From Coprobacillaceae bacterium (GTDB lineage: Bacteria; Bacillota_I; Bacilli_A; Erysipelotrichales; Coprobacillaceae): a stretch of DNA of 32,000 nucleotides. Shown here piece by piece: positions 1-8,564 of this stretch. The notes under the pieces are model-generated. The model had not been told where the DNA came from. It worked only from the letters and a program-made list of their open reading frames with translations, and ran no database searches. The first letter of the stretch is position 1; every line of letters begins with the position of its first letter. The stretch spans positions 1 to 32,000 of the forward strand of contig OY780959.1 of assembly GCA_963675915.1 (NCBI GenBank). Direction: 5' to 3'. Made by a program: the position numbers and the translations under genes.

Positions 1-2
1 CT

Positions 3-161
3 CCAAGAATGTACGGGAAGATGGAAATTATGGAAATTTTCCAGGATGCCAAGGACATAATTGAATTATTCGCAAAAACTAAGACTAATCCGGTCAATTT
101 TCCCGGCGAGGAGAATGTCCTGCGTATCAGACGAATGGGGGCCTATGCCAATAGCCATTGA
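3..161 (+). CDS. 3' end of an unidentified gene entering from the left edge (53 codons, ends ...RIRRMGAYANSH*)
   Basis: Frame 3 is open from the window edge to TGA at 159-161 and is followed by a stem-loop at 183-203. It is too short to assign a family. Confidence 0.35.
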   Translation, partial: PRMYGKMEIMEIFQDAKDIIELFAKTKTNPVNFPGEENVLRIRRMGAYANSH

Positions 162-182
162 TTTTGGATAAGGGATACAAAA

Positions 183-205
183 AGTCAGCAACGAATGCTG
201 ACTTT
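183..205. terminator. Stem-loop of a bidirectional intrinsic terminator, cut off from its plus-strand T-tract by the IS
   Basis: AGTCAGCA-acgaa-TGCTGACT. An A5 run upstream gives a T-run on the minus strand. The plus-strand T-run is restored only if 206-2488 is deleted in silico (TGCTGACTTTTAG). Confidence 0.55.
198..205. repeat. Left copy of the 8-bp target-site duplication CTGACTTT
   Basis: Identical octamer at 2481-2488, directly abutting both ends of the transposase-bearing segment. Confidence 0.75.
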
Positions 206-452
206 GAGTATCTAAGATAGTTTAATATTGCCGCTCCGAACAATATGAGTGATGGTTTACTTTTGTAGGACCATTTATTAGCTACAACGATTGTTGAGGT
301 GTAATTCTAAAAAACAGGCTTAGCTCCATGATTCATTTTGGTGCTTTGCCTTTTTTTTTGGTATTATATTAGTATATAAACATCTTTTAGAAAGGAAAAA
401 AGATAGAAATCTCCCCTACCAAGTTTGATTTCTATCTGCTCATAAGAACAAT

Positions 453-866
453 ATGATAATAATAAAAAATGAAACAAAAATCAAGTATATCAACCAAAAA
501 TCCTACTCCAACACAGTTAATTCAATCAATTTTTCACAAATGAGCTGCTCTTGTGGTGCGACAAACTCTTTCAAGACACATTCCTACTACGTTAGAAATG
601 TGTCGTTTTTAGGTCTCAAATTCAAAATTAGGATCATGAGGCTCATTTGCGGGGACTGCGGTAGAACTCATGCCATCCTGATTGAATCAATGGTTCCATT
701 CTCAATTTTGTCAAAAGATGACATAGTTTCTATCATTGTAAACAACAACCATTACGATCCTTCGTATCTCAGTTATCTGCGGCAGTCTTTCGACATCAAT
801 CTAAGCTATGAAGATTTTTGTATTCTAAAATCAAGAAAATTTGACTGTATCTTCATTACCACATAA
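453..866 (+). CDS. Small Cys-rich zinc-ribbon protein carried by the IS (resembles DUF6431-type IS accessory proteins)
   Basis: 137 aa with CSCG...x31...CGDCG followed by THAILIESMVPFS. Same strand as the transposase and 69 nt upstream of it. No convincing SD, so the start is uncertain. Confidence 0.55.
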   Translation: MIIIKNETKIKYINQKSYSNTVNSINFSQMSCSCGATNSFKTHSYYVRNVSFLGLKFKIRIMRLICGDCGRTHAILIESMVPFSILSKDDIVSIIVNNNHYDPSYLSYLRQSFDINLSYEDFCILKSRKFDCIFITT

Positions 867-934
867 CTTTCATACGATTAAACCGGGTTTATTTGTACAA
901 TCTACTTGTAAAATGAATTTTAGGAGGAAAACGT

Positions 935-2353
935 ATGGAATCGAATAATAAGTCTAATCTTTCTACGTGTTTGGCGACGAATCCTAACACGGGTGCGTCT
1001 ATTGATGACATTTATATTAGAAAACTATTCAATCTTGAAGACAAACGGATTAAGAAAATCCATGTCAATCATCAGTTTGATGGTGTTCATGTGTATGTTG
1101 AACTTGAATGTGTCCCCCACATATGCCCGGTCTGCGGAACCGAGACCACCATCGTCAATAACTACGTTAACAAGAAAATAACCCACTCTATCCTAAATGG
1201 TATTCCTTGCTATATCAACTACCATGCCCGCAGGCACAAATGCCCCGCCTGCAACAAAACATTCTATGAACACAATCCGTTCACCCTCAAAGGTATGAAA
1301 ATCTCTTTGGCGACCGTATATAATGTCCTGAAGGATTTGAAATCGTTTAATGAAACATTCAAGAGCGTTGCTTATCGTCACAACATATCGCCCACCACAG
1401 TTGCTTCGATATTTGACAAGCATGTAAGAGTATCAAGAAGAACGCTGCCGGAGTATATCTGCATTGATGAAGTTTATGCCTTCAAATCGAAAAGAAGCAA
1501 CTATGTTTGCGTGCTGCTTGATTATCAAAACCAGAAAATAATTGATCTGTTGCCAGAACGAAAAAAATACAGTTTGCTTAACTACTTCACCCTGATTCCC
1601 AGGAAAGAACGGGAAATAGTTAAAGTCGTATCAACTGATATGTGGGAAACTTATCGAATCGTAAGCAAGCGTGTATTCCCAAATGCCGTTGTGGCCTGTG
1701 ACAAGTTTCATGTAATCCAGGAGCTTACCAAGAAGGTTGACAGAGTTAGAATCGATGTTATGAACAAGGTCAAAGTCCCACCAAATCTAATTAAGGAGAA
1801 TCTCACCCCAAAAGAGATTGTAGAAATCAAAGAACGTAAGAAGCAATATTATGTGCTCAAAAAATTCAATTGGCTTCTTTACAAGAATGATCCAAAGATA
1901 TTCGATCCGAACGTCAAAAAGAAATACAATAGAGTGCTTGAAGGTTATTACAATCCCTATGATCTTCTTGACTACATAATGAAAATCGACCCACAACTCG
2001 AAGAAGCTGTAGATTTAAAAGATGAAGTAATAAGATTCTTTAAAAAGAGCAATTATAAAACAGCGAAACGGAACCTTGAGGAAATAATTGACGAATTTAG
2101 AAAAAGCAATGTAAAAGGAATGAACGATTTCGCTAATACGATGGTTAGGTGGAAGAACGAAATAATCAATTCGTTCATCGAAATAACCAAAGGTCATAAA
2201 ATCAATAATGGAATAATCGAAAACAGAAACAAAACCATAAAAAGCATCAAACGAAACGCCAATGGCTATAATAACTGGGAAAGATTCCGAAGCAGGGTGC
2301 TATATGTCTTGAACGATGATGTGAATTACTATATCTACCCCTCGACAAAATGA
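935..2353 (+). CDS. ISL3 family transposase
   Basis: N-terminal zinc finger (CPVCG ... HKCPACNKTF) and a DDE core (CIDEVYAF, VSTDMWETY, CDKFHV). C-terminal NNGIIENRNKTIKSIKRNANGYNNWERFRSRVL. Strong SD (AGGAGG) 7 nt upstream. Confidence 0.93.
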   Translation: MESNNKSNLSTCLATNPNTGASIDDIYIRKLFNLEDKRIKKIHVNHQFDGVHVYVELECVPHICPVCGTETTIVNNYVNKKITHSILNGIPCYINYHARRHKCPACNKTFYEHNPFTLKGMKISLATVYNVLKDLKSFNETFKSVAYRHNISPTTVASIFDKHVRVSRRTLPEYICIDEVYAFKSKRSNYVCVLLDYQNQKIIDLLPERKKYSLLNYFTLIPRKEREIVKVVSTDMWETYRIVSKRVFPNAVVACDKFHVIQELTKKVDRVRIDVMNKVKVPPNLIKENLTPKEIVEIKERKKQYYVLKKFNWLLYKNDPKIFDPNVKKKYNRVLEGYYNPYDLLDYIMKIDPQLEEAVDLKDEVIRFFKKSNYKTAKRNLEEIIDEFRKSNVKGMNDFANTMVRWKNEIINSFIEITKGHKINNGIIENRNKTIKSIKRNANGYNNWERFRSRVLYVLNDDVNYYIYPSTK

Positions 2354-2357
2354 AAAA

Positions 2358-2387
2358 GTGACTGGAAATCATACGATTTCCAGTCAC
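2358..2387 (+). other. Perfect 13-bp hairpin just after the transposase stop
   Basis: GTGACTGGAAATC-atac-GATTTCCAGTCAC with no T-run. Could be a transcript-stabilising or terminator-like element inside the IS. Confidence 0.4.
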
Positions 2388-2480
2388 CCTATTGTGGCTA
2401 TAATCATTCATGAGGTAGTAAGCACATCAAATAATTCTATTGCTTATAACAAGTGCTACCTCAAGTTATTTTAGAGTACC

Positions 2481-2488
2481 CTGACTTT
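2481..2488. repeat. Right copy of the 8-bp target-site duplication CTGACTTT
   Basis: Identical to 198-205. Confidence 0.75.
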
Positions 2489-2502
2489 TAGTTTATATTC
2501 AA

Positions 2503-3528
2503 TTATGGAGTAATCATTACCGAATTTTCCAGATCAGTAGTAAGATATTCAAACTCTTCCAGGGCGATGTGCCCAGATTCGTACAACCCGCCGTCAATGG
2601 TAAGAATTACCCGGTCGATGGAATAATATCCACCAAAGGTATTGGCAATGCACTGGAGCATCATGGCTTCATAACCGGCTCCAGCGTTCATTTCGCTAAT
2701 GTAGTCGCTACTGAGGTCGATATAGACCATCCCATCTTGATTCAGATAGTACCAGTTGATTTTGGTGTTGGTGGTGAAAACCGGTCCGACACCTTCGGGT
2801 ACGTCATCCTTGTAGGCTTGCTGGAGCACCAGACGGGTAACGTCGTTGGTGTTGAAGGCAATTTCCCGGGACAGATAATAGATATTTCCGTCGTTGATAT
2901 TGGGATAATGGAAGGCGATGTTTTGAACTAACTGAGCATCTTCTTCAATTGAATCCAAAGTCGAGGTTACTTCATATCCGATACCGGTACTGATGGTTTT
3001 AATCAGGCCGACATCTTTGGCATAATAATCAACGCTGGAATAATTGGTTGCTTCAGTTGTCACTTCGATAGCAGAGTAAGTACCTGATCCGGTTTCCAAA
3101 TCAACATCGACAGCAGTTATTGAACGGGTAGAGCCGTCACTAAGTGTCCAGGTTGTTCCCGTTTCAATCGGGCCTTTGAGGAGGATTTCGGAACTTTCAT
3201 TAGTTTTGTCCAGGAAGTTTTCCCGGTGATATGTTTCCCCCTGACTGTAGAGAAGTTTGACCTGATTATCATCGATTCCGATTACTTCCACCATTACCGT
3301 ACCGCCATTGTTGATTCGCAATTGGTATTTGTCAGTTGAGGTATAGTCGATATTGGTCGTATAGGCGGCATATTCATTGCCGTCACCGGAGTAACTGTAG
3401 CTGGTGTTTTCCAAAATCGGGAAATAATCCGCCGCTGAAGTAGCAACGGGATCATCGGTTGACGGGGTACAGGCACTAAGAAATCCGGTAGTTAGAAACA
3501 ATGTGGTTATAATGGATATTTTATTCAT
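2503..3528 (-). CDS. Lipoprotein with one [unknown beta-rich domain + GerMN-like domain] module
   Basis: Signal peptide with lipobox (LTTGFLSAC). The C-terminal half fits the GerMN pattern (FHYPN...TRLVLQQAYK...GPVF..NTKINWYYLNQDGMVYIDLS...AGYEAMMLQCIANTF...V.LTIDGG). SD AAGGAG upstream. Paralogous to the modules of the next gene. Confidence 0.85.
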   Translation of the reverse strand: MNKISIITTLFLTTGFLSACTPSTDDPVATSAADYFPILENTSYSYSGDGNEYAAYTTNIDYTSTDKYQLRINNGGTVMVEVIGIDDNQVKLLYSQGETYHRENFLDKTNESSEILLKGPIETGTTWTLSDGSTRSITAVDVDLETGSGTYSAIEVTTEATNYSSVDYYAKDVGLIKTISTGIGYEVTSTLDSIEEDAQLVQNIAFHYPNINDGNIYYLSREIAFNTNDVTRLVLQQAYKDDVPEGVGPVFTTNTKINWYYLNQDGMVYIDLSSDYISEMNAGAGYEAMMLQCIANTFGGYYSIDRVILTIDGGLYESGHIALEEFEYLTTDLENSVMITP

Positions 3529-3587
3529 TGGGTCATCTCCTTGGTGTTTTCCGGCCGGTTTTTCAACCGAATGGGAAAATGTCTGTT

Positions 3588-6500
3588 TTATAATGCGACC
3601 GAGTCTTCGGTATTGACAGTCAGATATTCGAATCGTTCCAGATAAATATGGCCTGACTCATAAAGCCCCCCATCGATTGTCAGCAAAACGCGGTTGTTTT
3701 GATAATAACTGCCAAAGGTGTTGGCAATACATTGAAGCATCATTGCCTCGTATCCCGAACCAGCGTTCATTTCAGTGATATAATCTTGGCTAAGATCGAT
3801 ATAGACCATGCCATCGCGGTTGAGATAGTACCAGTTGATTTTGGTGTTGGTTGAAAAAACCGGACCAACACCGGCAGGAACGTCCTTATAGGCATTTTGC
3901 AGGACAATTCTGGTGATATCGTTGGTATGGAAACTGATATTCCGGGTTTCAAAATAAATTTTATCATCATTGATATTCGGGTAGAAAAACCGAATATTCT
4001 GAACCAGGGGAGTATCGTACTCTACGGTCTTGAGTGATGAGCTTACTTCGTAGCCTTCACCGGTATTGACCTGTTTTACCAGTCCGATACCTTCGACATA
4101 ATAATCGACATTCTGGTAATTGGCAGCGGAATTGGTAACTTCAATGGCATTATAGCTGCCACTTGGAGTAGTTACATTGGCGGAAACACTGGTGATTGTC
4201 CGGGTTGTTCCGTTGCTTAACTGCCAGCTGGTACCTACTTCGATTGGTCCTTGAAGCAGGATTTCCGAAGTGTTGTTTTTATTTAGGGAATTTTCCCGAT
4301 AGTATGTTTCGGCTTGATTGTAAACGACGGTAATCCGGTTTTCTTCGATATTGAGAACCCGGACAACTTCGGTTCCGGTATTGTTGATTCGCTGTTGAAT
4401 TTTTGAAGCGTTGGTATAGTCTACATAGACATCATAGCCTGCATATTCATTGCCATCGCCTTCATAGACATAGTGAGTATTTTCCAGAATTGGGAAATAA
4501 CTTTGAGCGGTTGTATCGGCCGAATCGACCAATGTTGAAAGATCTTTACAGTCGTCGGTTTTGACATCCAGATATTCAAATCGGCCCAGCGCGATATGCC
4601 CGGACTCATAAAGACCACCGTCGATGGTCAAAACGACATCATTGACCCCGTAATATTCACCGAAGGTATTGGCGACACACCGCAGAATCATGGCTTCGTA
4701 TCCGGCCCCGGCATTCATCTCACTGATAAAAGCCTGATTGAGATCGATATAGGCCATTCCGTCCCGGTTGAGATAGTACCAGTTGATTTTGGTGTTGGCT
4801 GAAAATACCTGTCCCGGCTGGTTTTCAATCTGTTCCTTGTAGGCGTTTTGCAGGATGATTCTGGTGATATCGTTGGTATGGAAACTGATATTCCGGGTTT
4901 TAAAATAAATTTTATCATCATTGATATTCGGGTAGAAAAACCGAATATTCTGAACCAGGGGAGTATCGTACTCTACGGTCTTGAGTGATGAGCTTACTTC
5001 GTAGCCTTCACCGGTATTGACCTGTTTTACCAGTCCGATACCTTCGACATAATAATCGACATTCTGGTAATTGGCAGCGGAATTGGTAACTTCAACGGCA
5101 TTATAGCTGCCACTTGGAGTAGTTACATTGGCGGAAACACTGGTGATTGTCCGGGTTGTTCCGTTGCTTAACTGCCAGCTGGTACCTACTTCGATTGGTC
5201 CTTGAAGCAGGATTTCCGAAGTGTTGTTTTTATTTAGGGAATTTTCCCGATAGTATGTTTCGGCTTGATTGTAAACGACGGTAATCCGGTTTTCTTCGAT
5301 ATTGAGAACCCGGACAACTTCGGTTCCGGTATTGTTGATTCGCTGTTGAATTTTTGAAGCGTTGGTATAGTCTACATAGACATCATAGCCTGCATATTCA
5401 TTGCCATCGCCTTCATAGACATAGTGAGTATTTTCCAGAATTGGGAAATAACTTTGAGCGGTTATATCGGCCGAATCGACCAATGTTGAAAGATCTTTAC
5501 AGTCGTCGGTTTTGACATCCAGATATTCAAACCGGCCCAGCGCGATATGCCCGGACTCATAAAGACCGCCATCGATGGTCAAAACGACATCACTGACCCC
5601 GTAATATTGACCAAAAGTATTGGCGACACACCGCAGAATCATGGCTTCGTATCCGGCCCCGGCATTCATCTCACTGATAAAAGCCTGATTGAGATCGATA
5701 TAGGCCATTCCGTCCCGGTTGAGATAGTACCAGTTGATTTTGGTGTTGGCTGAAAATACCTGACCCGGTTGGTTTTCAATCTGTTCCTTGTAGGCACTTT
5801 GGAGAACAAAGCGGGTGATATCATTGGTGTTGAAACTGATGGCCCGAGATGTGTAATAGATTGTGTCGTCGTTGATATTTGGATAATAGAAGTTGATGTA
5901 CTGGATCAACGGAGTATCTTCTTCGATAGTTTCCAGAGAAGCAGTGACTTCATAGTTTGCCGCGGTGGAGATACTTTTCACCAGTCCGATATCCTTGACG
6001 TAATAATCATGAGTTGTCGAATCCGGATATTCGGTTGTAACTTCGATTGCGGTGTAATTACCACTAGGAGTGGTAACGGCTATAGCCCCGTTGGTGATGC
6101 TACTGGTTACCCCGGCACTTACCGTCCAGGTTGTTCCTACGGCAATGGGACCTTGAAGCAATACTTGGGAAGTGTTGGTTTTATTCAAGGCATTTTCACG
6201 ATAATAAACTTCGCCTTTTTCGTAGACGCAGGTAATTCGGTTTTGTTCAACCTTGATAACTCTGATCATTTCAGTTCCGCCATTGTTGATTCTCAGTTGG
6301 AAGCTGTCTTCATCGAAAAAATCCACATAGGCATCATAAGAAGCATATTCATTTCCGGACCCTTGATAAATGTAATGGACATTGTCAAGAATTGGGAAAT
6401 AATCACTGGCGACGCTTGTCACATCGACATCATTGCCATACTCGCTGATATCCAGGGAATTGATGGTGTCAACTGTCAGATATTCGCCTTCCATGAATGC

Positions 6501-7457
6501 AAAGTGCCCGGATTCATACAGCTCGCCATCAATTGTCAGATTGACATTGTTTACCATATAGTAGGAACCGAAAGTATTGGCGATGCTTTGGAGAATCATT
6601 GCTTCAAAGCCGGAACCGGCATTCATTTCGGTCAAAAATTCCTGATTCAAATCAAGCTTTACGACATCTTCTTCCATCAGATAATATTCATTGATCTGAG
6701 TGTTGGTCGAGAATACCCGGCCCAGTTCCTCAGGATGTTCATCCTTGTAAGCGGCAGCCATAATGGCTCCGGTTATATCGTTGGTACCAAATTCCAAATC
6801 AACTGACTTGTAGTAGTACAGGTCACTTTCAATGTCAGGATAGTATAAATTGACTGTTTTGGTCATCTTGACGTCATTTTCAATCCCAATCAACAATGAG
6901 GAAACCTGCATGTTTTGAGCGAGGTATTCCGTCTTGACTAGACCGATATCCTTGACGTAGTAATCGATAGTTTGATAGTCGAGTCCCTCGGTGGTTACCG
7001 CAACGGCACTGTAATTGGTGTCGGGGGCCTCAACGGTCGTATCGATGCTGGTTATTGTCCTGGTGAGATTGTCTTGAACCGTCCAGGTTGTTCCCACTTC
7101 GATAGGATCTTGAAGCAAGACTTCATTGATTTCGTTTTTGGCCAGGAAATTTTCCCGATAGTAAATTTCGCTTTGTTGGTAGACAAGGCTGACCTGATTA
7201 TCTTCAATTGCGAGCACTTCGACGGTTTCACTGCCCCCGTTATTGATCCGCTGTTGAATGTGGTTGCTGTCATTGTAATCAATATAGACATCAAAAGATG
7301 CATATTCATTTCCTTCGCCCTGGTAAATATAATGGACGTTTTCGAGAATCGGAAAATAGTCCATTGCGGATGTGGTTGTTGGCACATCCGTCACATTACA
7401 CGCTGTTGCGAGCAAGAGAATCAAACTTAACTTGATGACAAAAGTGATTTTTTTCAT
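3588..7457 (-). CDS. Giant lipoprotein (1289 aa) with four tandem [unknown domain + GerMN-like domain] modules
   Basis: Lipobox LLLATAC and SD AGGAG 7 nt upstream. The (D/S)YFPIL(E/D)N module start recurs at 7361, 6404, 5453 and 4502, spaced 957, 951 and 951 nt. Each module ends with a GerMN-like segment. Confidence 0.9.
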   Translation of the reverse strand: MKKITFVIKLSLILLLATACNVTDVPTTTSAMDYFPILENVHYIYQGEGNEYASFDVYIDYNDSNHIQQRINNGGSETVEVLAIEDNQVSLVYQQSEIYYRENFLAKNEINEVLLQDPIEVGTTWTVQDNLTRTITSIDTTVEAPDTNYSAVAVTTEGLDYQTIDYYVKDIGLVKTEYLAQNMQVSSLLIGIENDVKMTKTVNLYYPDIESDLYYYKSVDLEFGTNDITGAIMAAAYKDEHPEELGRVFSTNTQINEYYLMEEDVVKLDLNQEFLTEMNAGSGFEAMILQSIANTFGSYYMVNNVNLTIDGELYESGHFAFMEGEYLTVDTINSLDISEYGNDVDVTSVASDYFPILDNVHYIYQGSGNEYASYDAYVDFFDEDSFQLRINNGGTEMIRVIKVEQNRITCVYEKGEVYYRENALNKTNTSQVLLQGPIAVGTTWTVSAGVTSSITNGAIAVTTPSGNYTAIEVTTEYPDSTTHDYYVKDIGLVKSISTAANYEVTASLETIEEDTPLIQYINFYYPNINDDTIYYTSRAISFNTNDITRFVLQSAYKEQIENQPGQVFSANTKINWYYLNRDGMAYIDLNQAFISEMNAGAGYEAMILRCVANTFGQYYGVSDVVLTIDGGLYESGHIALGRFEYLDVKTDDCKDLSTLVDSADITAQSYFPILENTHYVYEGDGNEYAGYDVYVDYTNASKIQQRINNTGTEVVRVLNIEENRITVVYNQAETYYRENSLNKNNTSEILLQGPIEVGTSWQLSNGTTRTITSVSANVTTPSGSYNAVEVTNSAANYQNVDYYVEGIGLVKQVNTGEGYEVSSSLKTVEYDTPLVQNIRFFYPNINDDKIYFKTRNISFHTNDITRIILQNAYKEQIENQPGQVFSANTKINWYYLNRDGMAYIDLNQAFISEMNAGAGYEAMILRCVANTFGEYYGVNDVVLTIDGGLYESGHIALGRFEYLDVKTDDCKDLSTLVDSADTTAQSYFPILENTHYVYEGDGNEYAGYDVYVDYTNASKIQQRINNTGTEVVRVLNIEENRITVVYNQAETYYRENSLNKNNTSEILLQGPIEVGTSWQLSNGTTRTITSVSANVTTPSGSYNAIEVTNSAANYQNVDYYVEGIGLVKQVNTGEGYEVSSSLKTVEYDTPLVQNIRFFYPNINDDKIYFETRNISFHTNDITRIVLQNAYKDVPAGVGPVFSTNTKINWYYLNRDGMVYIDLSQDYITEMNAGSGYEAMMLQCIANTFGSYYQNNRVLLTIDGGLYESGHIYLERFEYLTVNTEDSVAL
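3908..5796. repeat. In-frame tandem direct repeat, period 951 bp (317 codons), about two copies, nearly identical
   Basis: 3908-4845 and 4859-5796 align base for base at an offset of 951, with only about a dozen mismatches visible by eye (for example 3949 c/t and 4145 t/c). Confidence 0.9.
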
Positions 7458-7915
7458 ATTATCGCTCCTAAACTATTATTTAAACTTTATCGTTATGAGT
7501 TTTAGAAGATGTCTATGATTTAAATGACTGGTATTCAATTGTTAGTAAGCAGGGAAAACCATCGGACATGACGCTCAGGATAATGATTTAAAGTGTAATT
7601 AGCCATTGGTCTTTTGTTGTGACTGGGGATTGTCGTTATTATCAATTGTGTAGATGAAAAAAACAGTGGTTTTATCTACCTAAATTATACCACTAATTAT
7701 TAAAAGATACAGTATTTTATCATTTGTCCGAAACTTTTAGTCCTATTTAGGTATTTTATTCCAAACTGAGGTTATTGGGGATATCATTTAAGCGGTGATG
7801 ATTGAGCCTGAGTTGTATTAATCTCTTGGTTGTGATTTAATTAAAGTAGTAAAGTGGCTAATTGTCACCTAAAGTCAGTACGTCAGTCAGTGATTACTTA
7901 TCGGAGGTGGGTATC

Positions 7916-8497
7916 GTGATTTCAGAAAAATTAAAAATAATCGGCTTACTTATGATTGGCGGGGCACTGGGGGGATCACTGACGGGATGTTCTGGAATCT
8001 CCAGCCGGCTCGACAATGATTATGACCCGGATAAATACTATATTTATGTCAATCCCGAGATGGGCGAATTCAGTGATGTTTCCCAATACGACCAGATGAC
8101 TCATATCTATTTGATGAATTTGGAAATTCCTGACGATTTTGAAAACGAAGAAGAAAAGCTCCATTTGAGCGAGATTTATAATCGGAGTTTCATTGATAAT
8201 AATCAGGAATACAGCTTGGAAATCGAAAAGGCCACTCAATGGGAAAATATTCACTTATATGACCCTGAAGGGAATGTCCTTATTGATTTTGACACTGGAA
8301 CTATTGTCGAGGAAGTCGTGTCAATCGGGATTACCAGTTCAAATTACGAGACCGCGACGACGTCCCAAAATGTGACTTTTACTGAAGAGACCGAACTGGT
8401 GAAGCTGCATCTTATTTTAAATAAAGCAATTGTCGAATATAATTATGAACCGGTATTATATAATTTTAATCTGATTGTCCTGATTGATTTTAAGTGA
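7916..8497 (+). CDS. Small lipoprotein, family shared with 8565-9104 and with the C-terminus of 9579-11345
   Basis: GTG start 9 nt after GGAGGTG. Signal peptide with lipobox SLTGC. The C-terminus VKLHLILNKAIVEYNYEPVLYNFNLIVLIDFK matches the two neighbours. The ORF-track start at 7862 has no SD. Confidence 0.75.
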   Translation: MISEKLKIIGLLMIGGALGGSLTGCSGISSRLDNDYDPDKYYIYVNPEMGEFSDVSQYDQMTHIYLMNLEIPDDFENEEEKLHLSEIYNRSFIDNNQEYSLEIEKATQWENIHLYDPEGNVLIDFDTGTIVEEVVSIGITSSNYETATTSQNVTFTEETELVKLHLILNKAIVEYNYEPVLYNFNLIVLIDFK

Positions 8498-8564
8498 AAA
8501 GTGGCTCAATTCAAAGAAAATGGGCTTTTGGTAGAAATTTCAAACAAAGAGAAGAGGTGGCCAA

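Larger units (their letters stand above)
206..2480 (+). mobile_element. ISL3-family insertion sequence, 2275 bp, two ORFs, apparently intact
   Basis: Flanked by the 8-bp direct repeat CTGACTTT; ISL3 elements typically make 8-bp duplications. The ends GAGTATCTAAGATAGTTT and (reverse complement) GGTACTCTAAAATAACTT are imperfect inverted repeats, 11/18 ungapped and better with one gap. It contains a full-length ISL3 transposase. The segment looks more AT-rich than its flanks. Confidence 0.8.

Noticed and set aside
335-350. Alternative IS ends (ATTTTGGTGCTTTGCC versus the reverse complement of 2417-2435, ATTTGATGTGCTTACTACC)
   Set aside because: The match is weaker and has no flanking direct repeat. 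The 206/2480 boundaries are supported by a perfect 8-bp duplication and by reconstitution of a terminator.
3908-5796. Large repeat as a CRISPR array or duplicated mobile element
   Set aside because: The 951-nt period is in-frame and protein-coding, with no spacer-repeat architecture and no transposase. It is an intragenic module duplication.
5769-6806. 345-aa plus-strand ORF, plus 6972-7430, 4596-4802, 5547-5753 and 2569-2931, antisense to the lipoprotein genes
   Set aside because: They lie entirely inside well-supported minus-strand genes that have lipoboxes, SDs and repeated domain structure. They have no SD and low-complexity, Gly/Ile/Val-rich translations. The duplicated pair 4596/5547 only mirrors the 951-bp repeat. 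These are typical shadow ORFs.
7862-7915. Upstream-extended starts proposed by the ORF track (7862, 9549, 15054, 17644, 21158, 24704, 25420, 27833, 29843)
   Set aside because: In each case a downstream ATG or GTG has a properly spaced SD. That start also gives a canonical signal peptide or N-terminus. The extensions use TTG/GTG or lack an RBS.
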